Shown here in pieces: positions 62,910-64,000 of a DNA stretch of 64,000 nt (positions are counted from its first letter, which is position 1; each line of letters begins with the position of its first letter). The translations under genes and the position numbers were made by a program. The notes under the pieces were generated by a model. It did not search any database. It was not told where the DNA came from and saw nothing but the letters and a program-made list of their open reading frames with translations. This stretch comes from Raillietiella orientalis (Eukaryota), in assembly GCA_036172245.1 (NCBI GenBank), contig JAYWIR010000011.1, positions 3,906,001 through 3,970,000 of the forward strand, in the 5' to 3' direction.

Positions 62910-63072
62910 CAATGTCGTACCCGAAACCCGTGGGCTAACCAATGTCATCCCGAAGAGGGCGACTTGAAACCCACGGTGGGCTCCGTTCTTGGAGTTGGTC
63001 TTTCCCCGAGTGGGACCCGAACTTGCGACGATTGGTGCCACGGCGCAGAGACCGCAACCACAAGGCTGCCAA
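62910..63072 (-). mobile_element. SINE copy S10 (tRNA-like head only)
   Basis: Minus strand TGGCAGCCTTGTGGTTGCGGTCTCTGC...AGTTCGGGTCCC...GTGGGTTTCAAGTC aligns with 14149-14280. Confidence 0.75.
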
Positions 63073-63099
63073 TGCATACCAGTGGCTGTGGGTTTGACC

Positions 63100-63760
63100 C
63101 CGGTTCCGTGGTATCAAAAGCTGCTCTCTTTTGAGATCTGAGGTCTCTTCACTGTGAAAACAAAGGAAAACCCACAGCATCCACAGATTCCACTCGCGAG
63201 CACTCCCTGCAAGTCAGAAGCAAGAAACTCGAGCTTAGGTGCACCTTTGGGATGACGAGTGCCCCAACCTCACGGAATGAAGCCCACGATTCCACCGCGC
63301 AGCCAGTGTGCACAGGAGGCCAGCATCCCCCACGGGTCCACCAAACCCCAGCACATAAGCGCCTACATGGGGTGCGAGAAGTCGATGTGGTCTGAACCCG
63401 AGCATCCACGCCTTCTCGGACAGACAGCGGGTGAATGGAAGCCCGAAACCACCATCGATGCCACTCCACGGTTTCTTTTGCTGAGGTCCCAAACGAGTTG
63501 TAAATTAGTGAAACGTCGGGAAAAATGACCATCGGGCTGCCGAATTTTACGACGCTCGACCCTTCTTCGGTCACGGACGAATCTGGAGCAAGATGCGAAG
63601 AATCACAAAAATCCCATGCGCGGTTATTCCAGCATCCCTTATCGCCTCGTACTCCTTTCGTCTCTAAAGCGATGAGCAAACCCGATTTCTGGAATTCGGA
63701 AACTTGCATTCTGGTGAACTGGATTCCGTATCAGCCATTCTTTCGCTTCGCATAGCGAAT
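63100..63760 (-). mobile_element. APE endonuclease fragment
   Basis: LLIALETK (LQET-like), CWNNRA and SLIYNSFG (NVYAP-like) in ORF 63149..63709. Confidence 0.45.
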
Positions 63761-64000
63761 CGCCTGCTCTTTCTCTAATGGTTCACCCAATGCAGTCCAT
63801 TTGTCTCCAGCTGGTAAGATGTTTCCGCACTCCGTTGTTCCGGAACGAGGAAAAAAGATCTGTTGCTCCAGAACGGATTCTCGCGGATTCCTACCCTTCC
63901 ACTGCTTTTTTTAAAAAATATATTTTTTTTTCCCTTCCCCTCGTTTCACAGTAGGGGTGTACGCAACAGTGGAAGGGGTGTCAACCCCGTGGATCCCTAG

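Noticed and set aside
56990..63072. LINE-A site-specifically targeting the SINE tRNA head (3' ends abut SINE pieces at ~57000 and ~62910)
   Set aside because: The two junctions differ in orientation and position, and the other three LINE-A-type ends have unrelated flanks.

Overview
Eukaryotic, non-genic DNA, probably from an invertebrate (inferred from the TE mix and the abundant CpG in old repeats). I find no intact protein-coding gene, rRNA, functional tRNA or CRISPR array, and the long ORFs in the track are mostly antisense shadows of decayed retrotransposons. The window is a near-continuous patchwork of 0.1-2 kb TE fragments: (i) many L1/Tx1-like LINE pieces (ORF1 zinc knuckle, APE endonuclease, RT, C-terminal CxxC..H..C finger, conserved non-poly(A) 3' end; called LINE-A/B/C here); (ii) I/Jockey-like RT/APE pieces; (iii) two R2-group (NeSL/Utopia-like) restriction-like endonuclease ends; (iv) a Bel/Pao pol remnant; (v) a hAT transposase C-terminus near a TAGGG-ended hairpin; (vi) about 10 copies of one tRNA-derived SINE with a double tRNA-like head, a variable ~42-bp minisatellite body and a 3' half apparently taken from LINE-A. 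The most striking structure is a 1,198-bp near-identical inverted repeat (24987-26184 / 34284-35481) set inside otherwise diverged homologous sequence. Smaller near-identical patches between other inverted copies also suggest ectopic gene conversion or fold-back recombination. Fragment boundaries were read by eye and are approximate unless stated as exact.
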